From Bugula neritina (lineage: Eukaryota; Animalia; Bryozoa), in the NCBI GenBank assembly GCA_964035545.1, contig OZ037765.1, positions 27,403,504-27,467,503 of the forward strand: DNA of 64,000 bases, written 5' to 3'. A model generated the notes under the pieces. That model did no database searches and was not told the origin of the DNA. It saw nothing but the letters and a program-made list of their open reading frames with translations. The position numbers and the translations under genes are program-made. Of the stretch, positions 43,004 through 58,000 are shown one piece after another; within the stretch, counting starts at the first letter, position 1, and each line of letters opens with the position of its first letter.

Positions 43004-46000
43004 ATGATGAATCCCTCAGATGCGGTAAGCATTTCTTAATGACTAGAATATTTTGGCATTGGAATAACTCATAGTATGTATAATAGATGAACGCAATTGT
43101 AAAATTGTGGATAAAATTAGATAATGCTTGAGATTTTATCACAGGTGCTTCGTGGTGGTTATATTAGCACAAGCTTGGACCCTCCAGCTGCCATGTTCCA
43201 ACGCACAAGTATTCCAATTCCGTAGGTTTACTTTTTACTATTCTTCGTTAAATGTGATACTGAATAGAAATTCTACCTATTAGAGTTTTGAATAGCAAGC
43301 AATGTCTAACACAAAGTGCATTGATAATTTAGTTGTTAATTGCTTTCAACAGTGAATTTAATTTAATTTACTAAATGAATTTTCAGTTGATGTTGTTGTT
43401 TCATGTAATTATTATTCACAAAAATATTTATCCTATGTTTAGAGGGAATGAAATTGTAAAGTGAAATTGTAAAGAAGCATTTCCGCTAAAGTATTTCATA
43501 AAAAACTATTTATCTACAAATGGTTCTAATACAACATTTTGCTCTGTGTTTGTTTTGCATTGTGTGAAGCTAATTTCATAGGTGAACAGCTGCTGGGAAT
43601 TTTGGGTATGAATCAATTTTAGCCATAATTTTAAAATAAATTTGTTATAATTTTGCTAAAACATCACTTTACTACAATTTGGTACAATAAAAAAAGTTTT
43701 GTCACATAACTTTTTAAGTGGTTACTGTCTTCAAAATATTTACAGCAGAAATGATAATTGAGATCTAATATCGACTTATAGTTAGCAATTTACTGGAATT
43801 AGTTTAACTTTAATATTAAGTGGTTGTATTTCTTGACAGTGATCTGATAGATGATTGAGTGAATATAATTAAGTGTTTGTTGATTTTTTGCACATCTATA
43901 CATAAAATATAATGATTATGCAATGTATTGAAGCAGAAAAAAAATGTGTGGCTTGTCTATAATATGTATTATTGAGGTTAATAACATCTTTAAAGTATCC
44001 TAACTATTACAGATTTATTAGGTGAACACCTTCATAAAAAATACTATGTATCACCAAATAAATAATAGAAAAAAATTGAGATTTGCAGTAATATAAGTTT
44101 CAAGGTCTTCAATTGAGGTAAGTAAGGCAAAACTTTGTGACTGAAGATAAATAAGGGAAACATTATAAATAAGAGCTACACCAGAAAAAACAAAGAGACA
44201 TAAAAAAGTGCATGAAAAAAATATGTATTGCATAAGAAGTAAAGAAAAAAATTGTTAATGAACACACAACGCATATCAGTTTTTCTTACAAGCACTTAGT
44301 GATTAATTAGCCCAATGCACCAGAATAAAATGCGGCAGTGATGTAATGAGTCGGAGTTGAGGTAGTAACAAGATGTTAAATAAGTCTCTCACTTGGTATT
44401 TTAGATTCACAGGGACGGTGACTCACCTGCGGGTGTGCAGTGGTTTTCTGATATATGTGATGGTAAATAGGGAAATGAAGGTTATACGGAGAGCAAACAT
44501 GGCAAGTAAAACAGATGAAAAAGATGGTAGGTCATTTACTGGTTTACAAGGATATCTGGTGTAAAAGCTTAAGCATTTTGTTGCATAATAGAAACTAGTT
44601 GAAAACCATTTGAAAATTTCTAATTATGCTGCAGTAAGCTGTAAAATATTGATATTATGAATTTTTAGTTTCATCAATGACTAAATTAAATTGAGCATTA
44701 AAACAGTTTCAAACAAGCAAAACAGTACAACTTAGTAACATAACGTGAAAAACAAAACAATGTTTAAAATGTTGAGACACACTAATACTATAAACAAAAT
44801 AACAATTAAATAGTATAATAGTATAATATAATTCAATGTATATAATTGTCTCACTAACTTATCCTTGGTAACTGCACATATCTATTTATCTAATTATATT
44901 TAGTTTGTTGATGAAGTTGGACGTAGATGGTTTTTGATAGGGCATTTGCATAAAAACTAATGTGGTCATGGATTTCTAAAATTTCTAGCGGTGCAGGTAT
45001 ATGATCGGGGTATAGGTATCCTTCTTTTTTCATATAAAAAGTAGCCTTCTACGCACACATTGGTTTTCCACATTACGGTAATATACTCTACAACTGGCTG
45101 ACAAGTTTCGCCTTCAGTGCCACAGCTATTTCCCTGTTCGTTGCATAAAGAGACAGCTTGAAGAAGATATTTGGGAAATCGTCTATGTTCATAGTTGAAT
45201 GTATAAGCCCTGTATGTAAAAATATAGCATATTAGATATTGTTACACATTATCAAACATATTTCATATTGTGGTATAATTTATGGCATATTACGTTTTCT
45301 GGTATAATTGTATTGAAATACTTGAATCTAGTAATATTGTATATTGTATTATTAAACTTAAACATTAGTATCATTCAGCTCCATCAGTTATCATGTAAAA
45401 CTCCTTCAGAATGTCACTCAGCGAAAGCTGGGGAAAGTTGAATACTAGGATATTTATTTTAAACAAAAATTCAGATAGTTTCACAACCTAAAATCCACTT
45501 TACAATACTTGTTATAATTTTTATTTAGATAAAGTTGTTGAGTAATGTTTTTTTTCAAATAACTGTTAATACTTTATATTCCATGCATTGCGGTTAACAA
45601 AAAGAACTTTTCAGCCAGCTTCTGCTGTCGCTAGTTTAGAACAAGACTATGACGTGGTGCCATTCAACAAGAAAATCAACTTATATGCATATTCTTCAAA
45701 GTTCTTTTGAAATTTAATAATAAATATTAAATATATAAAAGGGCTATCAAGATTTTATAAGTAGTAAAGACATCGTGGCCACTGACTGCATAATATGTAT
45801 GTGTTAGTACTCAATTTCACTTACCATGGGCATGTTGACCTTTCATTGATATCTCCAGACCTATTTCTTGCTTCGCACTGAAATTCAGACACAATTGTTG
45901 TGTTGAACTGTTGAGGGTGCCTTTCCTCCAAACTTGCTTTGTCCTCAGCATCTAGCACAGTCAAGTCTGTGGGTATTTAAAAAAAATTAATTAATTTTTG

Positions 46001-49000
46001 GTTGCATTTTTTATACATTCAATAGCTAAACTTGCATACAGAAGAGAGTGTTTGTCAGTTTTTTCTTAAGTTTCACTGCCCCAATTGCTATACATTTTAC
46101 AGTCTGGGTGAAAAGAAGACTAATCATAAAAGTTATAAGTGTTCTTAATTTTTTTAATATGAGCTGCTTGTGGTTACAAGTTTAATTCAGCAACTTTACC
46201 CAACTTTTTCGTAAATTTTTTGTTTTATGAAATGCAAAAGCTGATTCGCAAAAAAGGCTGTGGATATATTTGGCCAAGTAGCTAATATCACACTTTGTTG
46301 ATGTGTAGGAAAATATGGTGTTTTACATAATACATGCTCAACTATAAGATGATAAATTGTTATAAATCAAACATTTATAATTTGCATGCATTGAAGTCCA
46401 AATACTGCAATCTTATTTCTAAACAATATGCGGAAAAAATTCATCCACTGCATCCCTAAACCAGTCTGGTCTTATGATACAGTGTTCGCTTTACTTTATA
46501 TTGCTAAACTATGTTGTGCAAGTACACCTCCAACCTGCAGGTTTATTAGTTTCAGTGAAAATAAACTACATTTTGTGCAGTTTGTGTAAAATGCATTTAT
46601 GTAAAATATATATTACATTTTTAGGATAAGGTTTAAAAACAACGGCAACAGTACACACGTTTTTAAATTTACTTCACTTTACTCAATTTAAGCAAAAAAT
46701 ATACTGACCTATTATAGATGAGGCAACTCCGGTCATGTCGTGCTTAAATAACAATTTTAATAATTGCTGATCTGTTAGCTTCTTACAGTGCCCATATGCT
46801 TCCACAATGCATAAAAAGGCGAATAAAACACCCACTAAGTATCTTCTCATTCTGCTTATGTTTGTTGAAAAGTTAAGTTGACCACAAATGTTTGAGAAAT
46901 TATCCGTGTGCCTTTTTATATGCTGCACAATTTGCTCTTATATAATGGGTCTAATTTATAAATACGTACCCACCCAGAAGTATTTTCGATTTGCTAAAAT
47001 TTGCTATGTAATATTATTATTATTGGCTTAAATTTGTTTGTCTGCAAGAAGTACTTTGAATGTGAAATGCTAATAGAGGAATTTGTGGTTCCCCATTCTT
47101 GATTCTTTTGTATTTTTGTATAGGGTTCTTGGAGTTAAAGCTCAATTCTACGCAGGAAAGTTTTAATACGTAGTAACTACGCCCTTATTGCTATAAAGAG
47201 TTAAATAGTTCCTGCTTGGTAGAAACTCTGTTTAAATGAATGATGTCAATTTAAAGTTATAACGTATTGTTTATGTTTAAAGTCTCCACCTATAATCATA
47301 ATGAAAACCCCTCGTGACAAGAGCTTTTAATTGAGCTATGGGCTCTGCCTCTCACTTAACTGTGGCTGTAATTAGTAAATATTCTCATCACTAATTGCCA
47401 GAACTCAACCCATTAGCTGTGTCTTACTAGCCACTATAGTGCAGCTCTCATTGCTAGACCACTGCCGCTCCCTCAACTATGTATTATATGTTCTACATAA
47501 CTATGCTGTGATGGTATAATTTGTCTTGAGGTTCATTCTGATATTGAAAAGCACTCAAATAATGTCAAATCTGTGAATAAAATTAGAAAATAAATAAAAA
47601 ATGTGTCATAAATGCAATTAACAGTTACCTGAGTAGATACATTCTTTACTTAGCAAAGTTTTTAATCACTTTTCTAACAGCAATAATTATTGGATTATGA
47701 TTTTATAGCTGCTTTTTATTTTTATTTATTGTGTTTCAAACTTTTCACTTGAAATAAGGTTTTTTTTTAATAAAATGCACTGGTTAGTCTAATTGCTCTG
47801 ACTGCATACAACGTCTTCTTTATAAAAATATGTTCTCTCGTGTTGTTTCTCTCAGAATAAATTGATTTATGTTTGCAGATATAGAGTTTAGGGATGACGA
47901 TGTTGAGAATATCTACATGGATCCCACTGGTGATCATGTGATTATTTCCATGGCTTCAGAAAGTAATTACTATCTTCACCGCCTGTCAAAGTCACTAAAA
48001 ATACTTTCCAAGTTCTCTGTAAGTTGCAATGGGCAATGGCTTATATACTTATTCACTGGCACCTTGCCAGATATATTACACACTCTTAGCCATAGATGAT
48101 TGTACTGACCGTGTAGGTGTTGGGTTGTAGGGGCATATAATATCAGCCGTGGCTTGGAATGATGAGTGTGCCCTGAGATACACTGGCCCATTGCTAGTCG
48201 GCACAAAGAAAGGTAAGTTTGAACCAACTTTTCTTATTGATGGATCAGGAAGTTGTAGTCTGAGTGGATAGGTTGGTAGGTTTGCATCATGATTACATGC
48301 AACTGCTTTCAGTGAGAAATAACCCGTATTGTTTTTTGTATTCTATGATGTGTAATTTTCAGCTAGTCAGTAACTGGGCTATAAACTACTTGTACTTTGC
48401 CTTCTTCTGTAAATGTGCACAATATATGTCTCTCTGTATGTATGTTGATGTTTCACAGGACTTGTTTTTGAGACTTCCTTAGTTGCCAGTGAAGAAGGCA
48501 AGTTTAGAATTGCAAGTTCTGCTGCCGAGCAGTATGCTAAGCAGGTCAGCTCTATAAAGAATACATAATATCATTCATTCTATAAATAATATATAATCTC
48601 ATTCATTCTATAAATAATATATAATCTCATTCATTCTATAAATAATATATAATATCATTCATTCTATAAATAATATATAATCTAATTCATTCTATAAATA
48701 ATATATTTAATCTAATTCATTCTAGTATAACTGTTAGTGCCAGAGTTTGTAGTTGTGTGTTGTACTGTAGTTGTGTGTTGTATTGTAGTTGTACGATATT
48801 GGAGATTTCACTGTTTCTGGTCTGGCATATGGCAGAGTAACCACTGGACAGCAGAAAAGACGTCTTCAATCTCACAACATATTTATTCTTCTTGTCACCT
48901 CTGGGTATGGAAGACATCTATCACCTTATCTTTTCACTAGACAGAAACTGGGTAGTCACTAGACAGATGTATTACGCAGCTTGGTGCTACCAATCAGTTA

Positions 49001-52000
49001 TTTTTCAAGGAAAAGTTATAACAGTTTATGGTGCTTGCTACAGTTGCTTTATAAATTGCATAATCTATATTGAATAAGTTTTTTTTTATTGCGAGATATT
49101 TGTACAGACAAAAAGGATGTAATGAATGTTACAAATTGTTATAGAAAGCACCCAGTTTGGTCATCTTACGTAAAATAAAAACGAAGTCCAACTGTTATAT
49201 TTATTATACTAAATAGAGCTTTACTCAAGTTGATGCTGCACATTAATATCTGTTGAATTACATTTCTTTTATACAGATTTTTATGTTGACCTTTTAATAT
49301 AGCGAATAGTAGCCAGATTTTAACTTATACGTTATTTTGTAATATTCTTGAGCTGTTCAAATAACTAGGAAGTTTAGTTTGAATGCAACTATTTCTCACA
49401 GCTGTATTACATGACGCAACATGTATGGTTTCAGGAGGCTGTATCAGTTTTTTGGCACTGTTGGTAGCACTTTGGAAGGGCATAGCGTCTTCCAGTCAAT
49501 ATTTGAGGCCTACAAAGATATACAAGGTATGGTAGGCCTGGTCAGAGAGTACAATTAAACTGCATTACTTTCCATTTCATTGGTAAATTTTTGCCCTTTG
49601 TGATTCATTCAAGAATTTATTTGCTTAAATGTACTTCCTGGCTTTAATTTCATTTCTTTACAAAGTTACACGAAGTCTTTTATTAAAGTAATGCCAAGTA
49701 TTCACTTATCATTTTGCAATATTTGCACATTTTCCCAATTTCAGTTTACTTTATCTTCCCTTTTAGATTATGTAACAAATTTGTTGACACCAATAACTAC
49801 CAATAATCTTAAGATTGGATAAGCTATCATTCTAATTGACTCAGGTGTTCAATGTTTTTTTTATTTATATTTGTTTTTCAGCTCCCAACATATGCGTTCT
49901 ATAAGTTGTTGTAATAAATGCTAATTATAATTAATTATAATGTGTTGATATTTATAAGAAAAATGACAGTGGTAGCTCTATTGATATTCTTTCTACAAAA
50001 CAATGACTATTAGTTTGAAATTGCAATGCTAAGGCATTCTGTTTGTAGAAGTAAAATATGTGGATTTACCTGCTAACAATTCCATCAGTCAGCTGTTAAC
50101 GTACAGGAAGTCTTTAGATCAGCCAGTTCTATCGTTTGCGTGGATGGCAAGTCCCGGCATATACTGCGGCAACATTGATAATACAGTGAGATCTGGAGAT
50201 GACAGTGTTATCCTCAACCACAAGCTTATCGAGTATCAACAAGACGGGTCCAACTCCTCCCTTACAACCACGTCTCTTTTACCCAACAGCATAGCCATGA
50301 CCGAGTTTCACCTTCTCGTGCTTTCTGAGAACAGGTAACCTTACCTGTTTAAACTCAAGTCGTTATAATGTCTGTTAATTTTTAGTACAGGGTTGTTTCT
50401 CGCCGTTGTTCACCATATCCATTTTAGTCCTTTTGGGTAAAGGGCTGTGGTTTAGTATATTATTTTCTCTTTGATTAAAGCTTAAGAAAGTTACAAAAGT
50501 GTTTTTCGGTAGCTTTAAATAGTTGAAAAGAGCATACAGCCTGGAAATGTAAGGAGTCTCTTCATTTACTTGCAGGTACTAAGACTAGCGGAATTTATTA
50601 TGGTAAATTGTATTGGGGTCATCTTACCTAATTTAGTACACAGCGGAAATCTCCAGTTTTTAGCTATTTTTTACAATTTAGCTGCTAATGAACATGGGTT
50701 TTTGCCTAAAACTAGTAAAATATTAATAAATACACCTAAATAATTAATGTCCTTCTTGATTTTGCTTGATTTCCCATGTTTTTTCTTTTTTATTTAGTTA
50801 ATTTGGATTGCGGACCGTTACGAAAAAAACCGTAACGATCCGCACTCAAAAGTAGCGGAATAATTAGGAAAAAACATGGGAAAGCAAGCAAAATTGAAAA
50901 GAACCTTGATTATTTAGGTGTATTTATTAATATTTTACTAGTTTTAGGCAAAAACCCATGTTCATTCGCAGCTAAATTGTAAAAACTAGCTAAAAACTGG
51001 ATATTTCCACTGTGTACTAAATTAGGTAAAATGACCCATTGAATATTGTCAAATTCAGGTTTGATGTAATTCGTTGAATATGCATATATCATATCTTTTT
51101 ATTATATTACTTTACTGTTGGATTATTTAGAAGCTTCTGATGTGTATTCTCTTACTGGTTTATTACACATTTATAGTATGCTTTCTACATGGTGTATGGT
51201 TTATGATTTTACAGACTTAGAGTTATCTGCACATTGAATGAGCAGCAAGTTTGGGAAGATGTGTTTGACAGCAGAGACCAGGTGAAAAACATCTGGAGAG
51301 ATCCTGTTAAAGGTTATATTTGGATCAACGCCAAGAAAGGGGTTTATAGATACAAAGTAGTGCAAGAATCAAGGTATGCGACAATAAAACTGTAGACAAT
51401 AAGAGTGGGCAATGAGCAAATGTGACCCAGTGCAATATCCTTGTTCATTCAATGCAATTTTATTTCAAAACCAATTGGTTTGATTAATCGATTTTTCTAA
51501 ATGAGTTGGCTTACATTTATTCTTAACTTTTTCAAAGTCTGCACCATACGGAACCTTGTCTCTGTAATTCCAATACAGTTTTGTATTGAGTAAATATTGA
51601 AACTTGTGAATTGCTGAGTATTGATTTTAGGTGTGGCCTAAATTATTGTTGTAGAAATTTTTTCAGATAATTAATAATTTTTTATGATTAGTTTTTTATG
51701 ATAATATATAATCTGTAATAAATTTAATGTTTCATGGTCTAAATATCTGCATTTATTCAGAAACATCTGGAAGATACTGTTGGATATGAAAGAGTATGAT
51801 AAAGCCAGGTTTCACTGTGGCCAAGACCAGGAAAAGTTAGACATAGTTAACAGACAGCAGGCAAACAGTCTGTTTGAAGCAGGAAAGTAAGTGCAGCACA
51901 TTGTTCACATTGTACTCATTGGTGCCAGCCTGCACTGGGCGATTGTGTAAGCTAAGGGTAGTGAATAGTTTACCAACTTCCTACCAGTTCATCCTAGTCA

Positions 52001-55000
52001 TGACTTCGCAAGCAATGCTGCTAACGCTTTAATGATTTGGTGTTATGATATGATATGTTGCATAGCTATATTTCATGATATACATATGTGAGTTACTGAG
52101 TGAGTTCATTACCAAACTTTCTAATTGACAAAAAATGGGTAGTTTTGTAGACCAAAATATTTATTTAGGAAATAATTTAGTTCAGTTATCTATTTTTATA
52201 TAACTAATTTATAAAACTTAGGTTTACAAAGACACAATTTGTTTAAAAGTTTACTTTAAGCTGCATGAATCATTTTTGTGGCGAACAGTTTCAAACTGGG
52301 GGAGATATAAATTTTATGATATTGTTGTTGGGCTGTTTGAAATGGGCAGTCATTGTACTTTTATTGCCATTTCAACTTAAGCTTGATTTTTAACAACTCT
52401 TCCAAAACACTAGTTATGAGGGTAAAATGAATTTTAGTATAACTGTTTTTAGTACTCTGTTTGAATGTTTTCTCAGGTATGAAAAAAGTGCTCAATACTA
52501 CGCACAGACAAGAATGTCTTTTGAAGAAATCACACTGAAGTTTATTGAAGCTAATAAGGAAGTGGCTTTGAGAGGCTATTTGGAGAAAAAGCTGGACAAT
52601 TATAGGCCTGAGGAGGTAAAGTATAGTTTTCTAACATTTGTTGTTGAAATGTTGACAGCAAAGAAATTCCATAAAAAAGTAGTATAAGCTTGAAAGCAGA
52701 ATTTGCAAATGCTTTAAAAAATAAATCTTCAGAAATTAATAATATTTTGATGCACTTGTAGTGCAATGTTAGATAGAATTTGAAGACAAAGATAAGCATA
52801 TACGTAATGTATTTAAAAATAGAAAATTTCAGGTTTTGCACAAAAATGCAAACAAAATTTAGTTTATATTTTAACAATTTATATTCTGTTGGTAAAATTT
52901 GTAATAGCTTATAATGCATTATCTGTATTGTATAGTATTATATATAGTGTAATATTATGTATTGTATGTATTGTATGGTATTATATATAGTGTAGTATTA
53001 TGTATTGTATGGGATTATATATAGTGTAATATTATGTATTGTATGGTTTTATATATAGTGTAGTATTATGTATTGTATGGTATTATATATAGTGTAATAT
53101 TATGTATTGTATGTATTGTATGGTATTATATATAGTGTAGTATTATGTATTGTATGGGATTATATATAGTGTAATATTATGTATTGTATGGGATTATATA
53201 TAGTGTAATATTATGTATTGTATGGGATTATATATAGTGTAGTATTATGTATTGTATGGGATTATATATAGTGTAATATTATGTATTGTATGGTATTATA
53301 TGCCATGTATTGTGTGTTATTGAAGAATAAAGTCCAAGCTATTATGTTGGTCACATGGCTGGTTGAAATTTGGCTGAATCAGCTGGGTAAGCTGAGTGAC
53401 CAAATGGACTCTGATGGTAGCAACAAATATGAACAGGAAAGAGAGATCTTGCAAGAAGAGTTTAGACTTTTTCTTGCCAAAGGAAATATTCGGGTATGTA
53501 TCTTGGCAACTATTGGTTATCTTCTGTAGTCTGGTATTTTGCATACATTATTATAGTGCAACAATATATTATATATATACAAGCTATAGCTATCAAGTAC
53601 TAATTTTGTTACTATGAGCTCTGGTCAGTTCATACAATTCAGGTATGCAAGAAGTAGTATGTTGAAGCATGGTTGTCACCGTACATTATATTTTATACAT
53701 ACATAGTATATGTTATCTGCATATATTGTATACCGTTCACATATTTTATATGTTGTTATATGCATACAATAATATTTGCTATTTTAGTCAGTTTTGAATG
53801 AGAACAAGTCGATAATATATGATCTAATAGCATCGCATGGTGATGTAAAGGATTTGGTATTCTTTGCTGAATTGATGAAAGACTATGAGAAGGTTATCAG
53901 TCATCAATTACAGAATCATGAGTTCGAGAAAGCGCTGGAGCAGCTGGAAAGAGTGGTGAGCTTGTTTCATATCAACTCATAATTGTGAGTTTTTTCCTCA
54001 AGGTACTAATTGATTTATTTTTATAAAATACTTTTGTATGAATGAATGAAACAAAACATGTGTACATGTCTCTAGAGAACACATTTACAAGGTTATGCTT
54101 GGCTCAAAGATTGATGTGAACATCACTAATCATTACACAATGCTAAGTGAAGCAAATTTGTAAATTGGAAACATTTTACTGTGTATTTTTAAAAACAATT
54201 GTGTAATACCAAGAGTATGTTATATCAGCATTATTTTAGTTTTATTTAAACTTGATTGCTATCTTACATAGTAAATGGGCAGCTTAACTTCAAAAATGCC
54301 CGACTTTGTTACTTGATCAAATTTAAGCAGGTTGGAATTTGATTATATTTTTTCATTATTCTACTTGAGTAAAATTTCCATAATGTGTTATTCATGTTAC
54401 ATTACTAAACCCAACTGACTGGTGAACTAGTGTTTTACTCACTGTAGGGTGACGCTAGACTGGTGTACAAGTTTTCTCCCCTGTTGATGCAGCATGTGCC
54501 CAGTGCTACTGTAGATCTGTGGCAGACGTTGTCTCCTTACCATAACCCCAGAAGTCCCCCTCTAGACCCCAAGAAACTCATCCCTTCTTTAGTACAGTAC
54601 GATGTGAGGACGTTGCAGAGTGGGCAGGTAACTTCTACTACTAGTTATGATGACTATCACAATCATCTACAATCATAGTATGCATCAGTTTATTACTAGA
54701 ATAAATAGTTTACCAATTACATTCTGTGTACTGCAGCGTGTAGGGTAGAGTAATGTAGTGCAGTGTGTGTAGGATAGTGTGTGTAGTGTGGTGCAGTGTG
54801 GTGCAGTGTGTTGCAATGTAGTGTGTGGTGCAGTGTAGTGTAGTATAGTGTGGTGCAGTGTAGTGCAGTGTAGTGTAATGTAGTGCAGTGTAGTGCAATG
54901 TAGTGTAGTGCAGTGCAGTGTAGTGTAGCGTAGTGTGTAGTAACAGACAGGATAAGATTAGATATATCATGTGCTCGTTTATTATTTTAGTCAGCCTTCT

Positions 55001-58000
55001 CTCACCTAGCTCTTTGACCTTATTATATAGTCTGTTTATAATTGCAACAAAATATTTTTAGTTCCTTCTCCTCTAATGTACATGTAGTTTGCTGACAAAA
55101 AACCTTTCAATTTATTGTGCTGACAAAATAACTCCAGTAAAGTAGCCATTTAAAACAAAATACTATTTTTGTTGCTAAATTGGAAGTTATCTGTTCCTAG
55201 AGTATTTTCGTGACTTGTTTCTTTTACTGTTTATCATGCATGTGTGCATTGCTTTAGAATTGGATTTTGATTACCATTTGATGGTGTATTTTAGGTTATA
55301 TTATTTCTGTAGACTCATGATGCTATAAGATTCCTTGAATATTGCATTCGTACACTCAAGAACAAGGATCAGACTATTCACAATTACCTCATCTCACTGT
55401 ACGCTGACTTTGACCCCGAGAAGTTATTAAAGTATCTCAGAGTTCAAGGACAGGTGTGTATAGTCACTTGTACTGTACTTATCTCTATTACTGTCGCTAG
55501 TAATACAGGAGTTACTAGTAACCTAGTAACAATGCTTACTATTAACACTTTACATCAATGTCTGGTGTTACTATTGTGGTCACTAATACTGCTGCTACTT
55601 TGTATGTAGAAAAAATAAATTTCAAATAATAGTATTTTTAAAGATTTGCTAGAGTTGTATGTTTGAGACTAAGTTTTCATGTTTGAAAAAATTTCTGCTT
55701 TCAATGATTTAGGAAAAACAGAAAATTTTTATTTTAAATTTTTAGCCTAAAAAGCAGTGAAGATGAAGTTTTCAATCACTTTTAATGCAACACTCATGTG
55801 AGTTTATAGTCGCCATCCCTATGAGAACTGCTGGTTGAAAGGTTTTTTAAGCAGAAATATTTTACTGTTGTGGCAAAGGAGCAAGCATGACTGAATGCCC
55901 ATCCTAACATCACTATTGGCCTTTACTGAGCCACTGACATTGTGTTTACTAAGTCAAGGCTTAGTGCTCTCTTTAAAAAAATAAAAATTGAAAAAAGTAA
56001 TTATTTTTAATGTAATTAAAATAAAGATAAGTTTTTGTAATGAAGAATATGTTATTTATCAATCTTTAGGAGGCAGATGCTGTTAACTATGACTTAAAAT
56101 ATGCCCTTAGACTATGTTCAGAAAAGAATCTTCACAAGGCGTGTATCCACATATATTCTACTATGGGACTTTACAGTGAAGCTGTAAACCTAGCTCTAGA
56201 GGTGAGGCTATTCTTTCCCAGCTCATTTTTTCGCTAAAATAGTGTATTAGTGTCTTATTTGTAACACCTAAAGTAAAATCGCTCAAGAAATTTGGTGTTA
56301 AATTTAGCAAACAGACATGTCTCTGGCACAAGAAAATGCTCAGAAGCCTGAAGAATATGATGAGCGAAAGAAGTTGTGGCTGGATGTAGGTAAGCAGGCT
56401 TCGAACATTGTTTAGTCTCTTCTCTGTACTACTCTACTCACTACTCTATACTACTCTACTCACTACTCTATACTACTCTACTCACTACTTTATACTACTC
56501 TACTCACTACTCTATACTACTCTACTCACTACTCTCTACTACTCTACTCACTACTCTATACTACTCACTCACTACTCTATACTACTCTACTCACTACTCT
56601 ATACTACTCTACTCACTACTCTATACTACTCTACTCACTACTCTATACTACTCTACTCACTACTCTATACTACTCTACTCACTACTCTACTCACTACTCT
56701 ACTCACTACTCTACTCACTACTCTACTCACTACTCTATACTACTCTACTCACTACTCTATACTACTCTATACTACTCTACTCACTCACTACTCTATACTA
56801 CTCTACTCACTACTCTACTCACTACTCTATACTACTCTACTCACTACTCTATACTACTCTACTCACTCACTGTCTCATTGACTTTGGCTAATAATTTCCT
56901 TTCCCTTTAGCCCGCCATGTTGTGGAGAAGCAGAAGAATATTGACAGCGCAATGAAAGTTTTGAAAGACTGTGATCTGCTAAAGATAGAGGATATTTTGC
57001 CATTTTTTCCAGACTTTGTTACTATTGATAAATTTAAGGTTAGTTTTAACATAAGTTTATATGATATATAGAAATACCTGCAACTACCTTCATTGAATTT
57101 GTTTTTAACTTCTAAAAAACTGTACATTATCTTCAAAATATTTTGGCTGTGTTTCTGTTTGCTTGTGTCAGGTTATGCATGTAATATCTGCACAATGCTT
57201 GTTCTTAATCCATCACAATTCAACATTCATCCTGCAGTATTTTGTACTTGGCCTAATGGCTAATTAAGAATACTAACTCAAGCAGTTATCCGAACCATTA
57301 ACAAGTCATCTTTTGGCAAAATCTCTATTGTAACTAATCTTACTTTAAAATTTAGCCATCATCCGGGAAGCTCTGCTTATTGCTATGTTAATTCATTCAC
57401 CACTCAGAATTGTAAACAGTTGATATAGAGAGGTTGCTGAATGCATGAAAACCTCGTCTAATTTGTGTGTCACTGAATAATTAGCAGCTATAAATACATT
57501 GGTAATTCTACCCAGTCTCATTCTGAATACGGTGTTTAATGTAATTAATGTAATGAAGTCAGGTCATTTGTAACCCCACAGAGTGCGTGACACTTTCATT
57601 CACTAATCTTGTTGTCTCATTCGTTCATTATAATGTACAATTCAAACCTAAATTATGGTGTATCCTCCTTAATAAACATAACTATCAGCTATTCCAGCAT
57701 CTACTTGATAAGTGCCCACTAAAACTTCACTCTTGCATATAAGTCAGCATTAATGTTTTTATATAGCTCAGTACTTGGAATTCTAAGCAGTAATTTCTGT
57801 AAATTATATTTCTGGAGTGGTCACGGATAATGGATATTGTTAGCTATGGTTAATTCCTGATTAAATGTTAATTCTATGATAAAGTATTTGCCGGACACTA
57901 ATGGCAGTTGTGAGAAAGTTACTAGTACTACTAATAGCTTATCTGTATCCAGGAGGCCATTACCAAGTCTTTGGCAGAGTATAATGAACACATCAACTCG

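Noticed and set aside
46930-47170. NF-kB sites upstream of IL-17
   Set aside because: Only partial matches (e.g. GGGGAACCAC). None fits GGGRNWYYCC well enough to claim.
48560-53300. 28-35-bp repeats as CRISPR-like arrays
   Set aside because: Head-to-tail repeats without unique spacers, in eukaryotic introns, with no cas genes.
56408-56881. 157-aa repetitive ORF (also 54710-54970)
   Set aside because: Tandem-repeat translations inside VPS18 introns.
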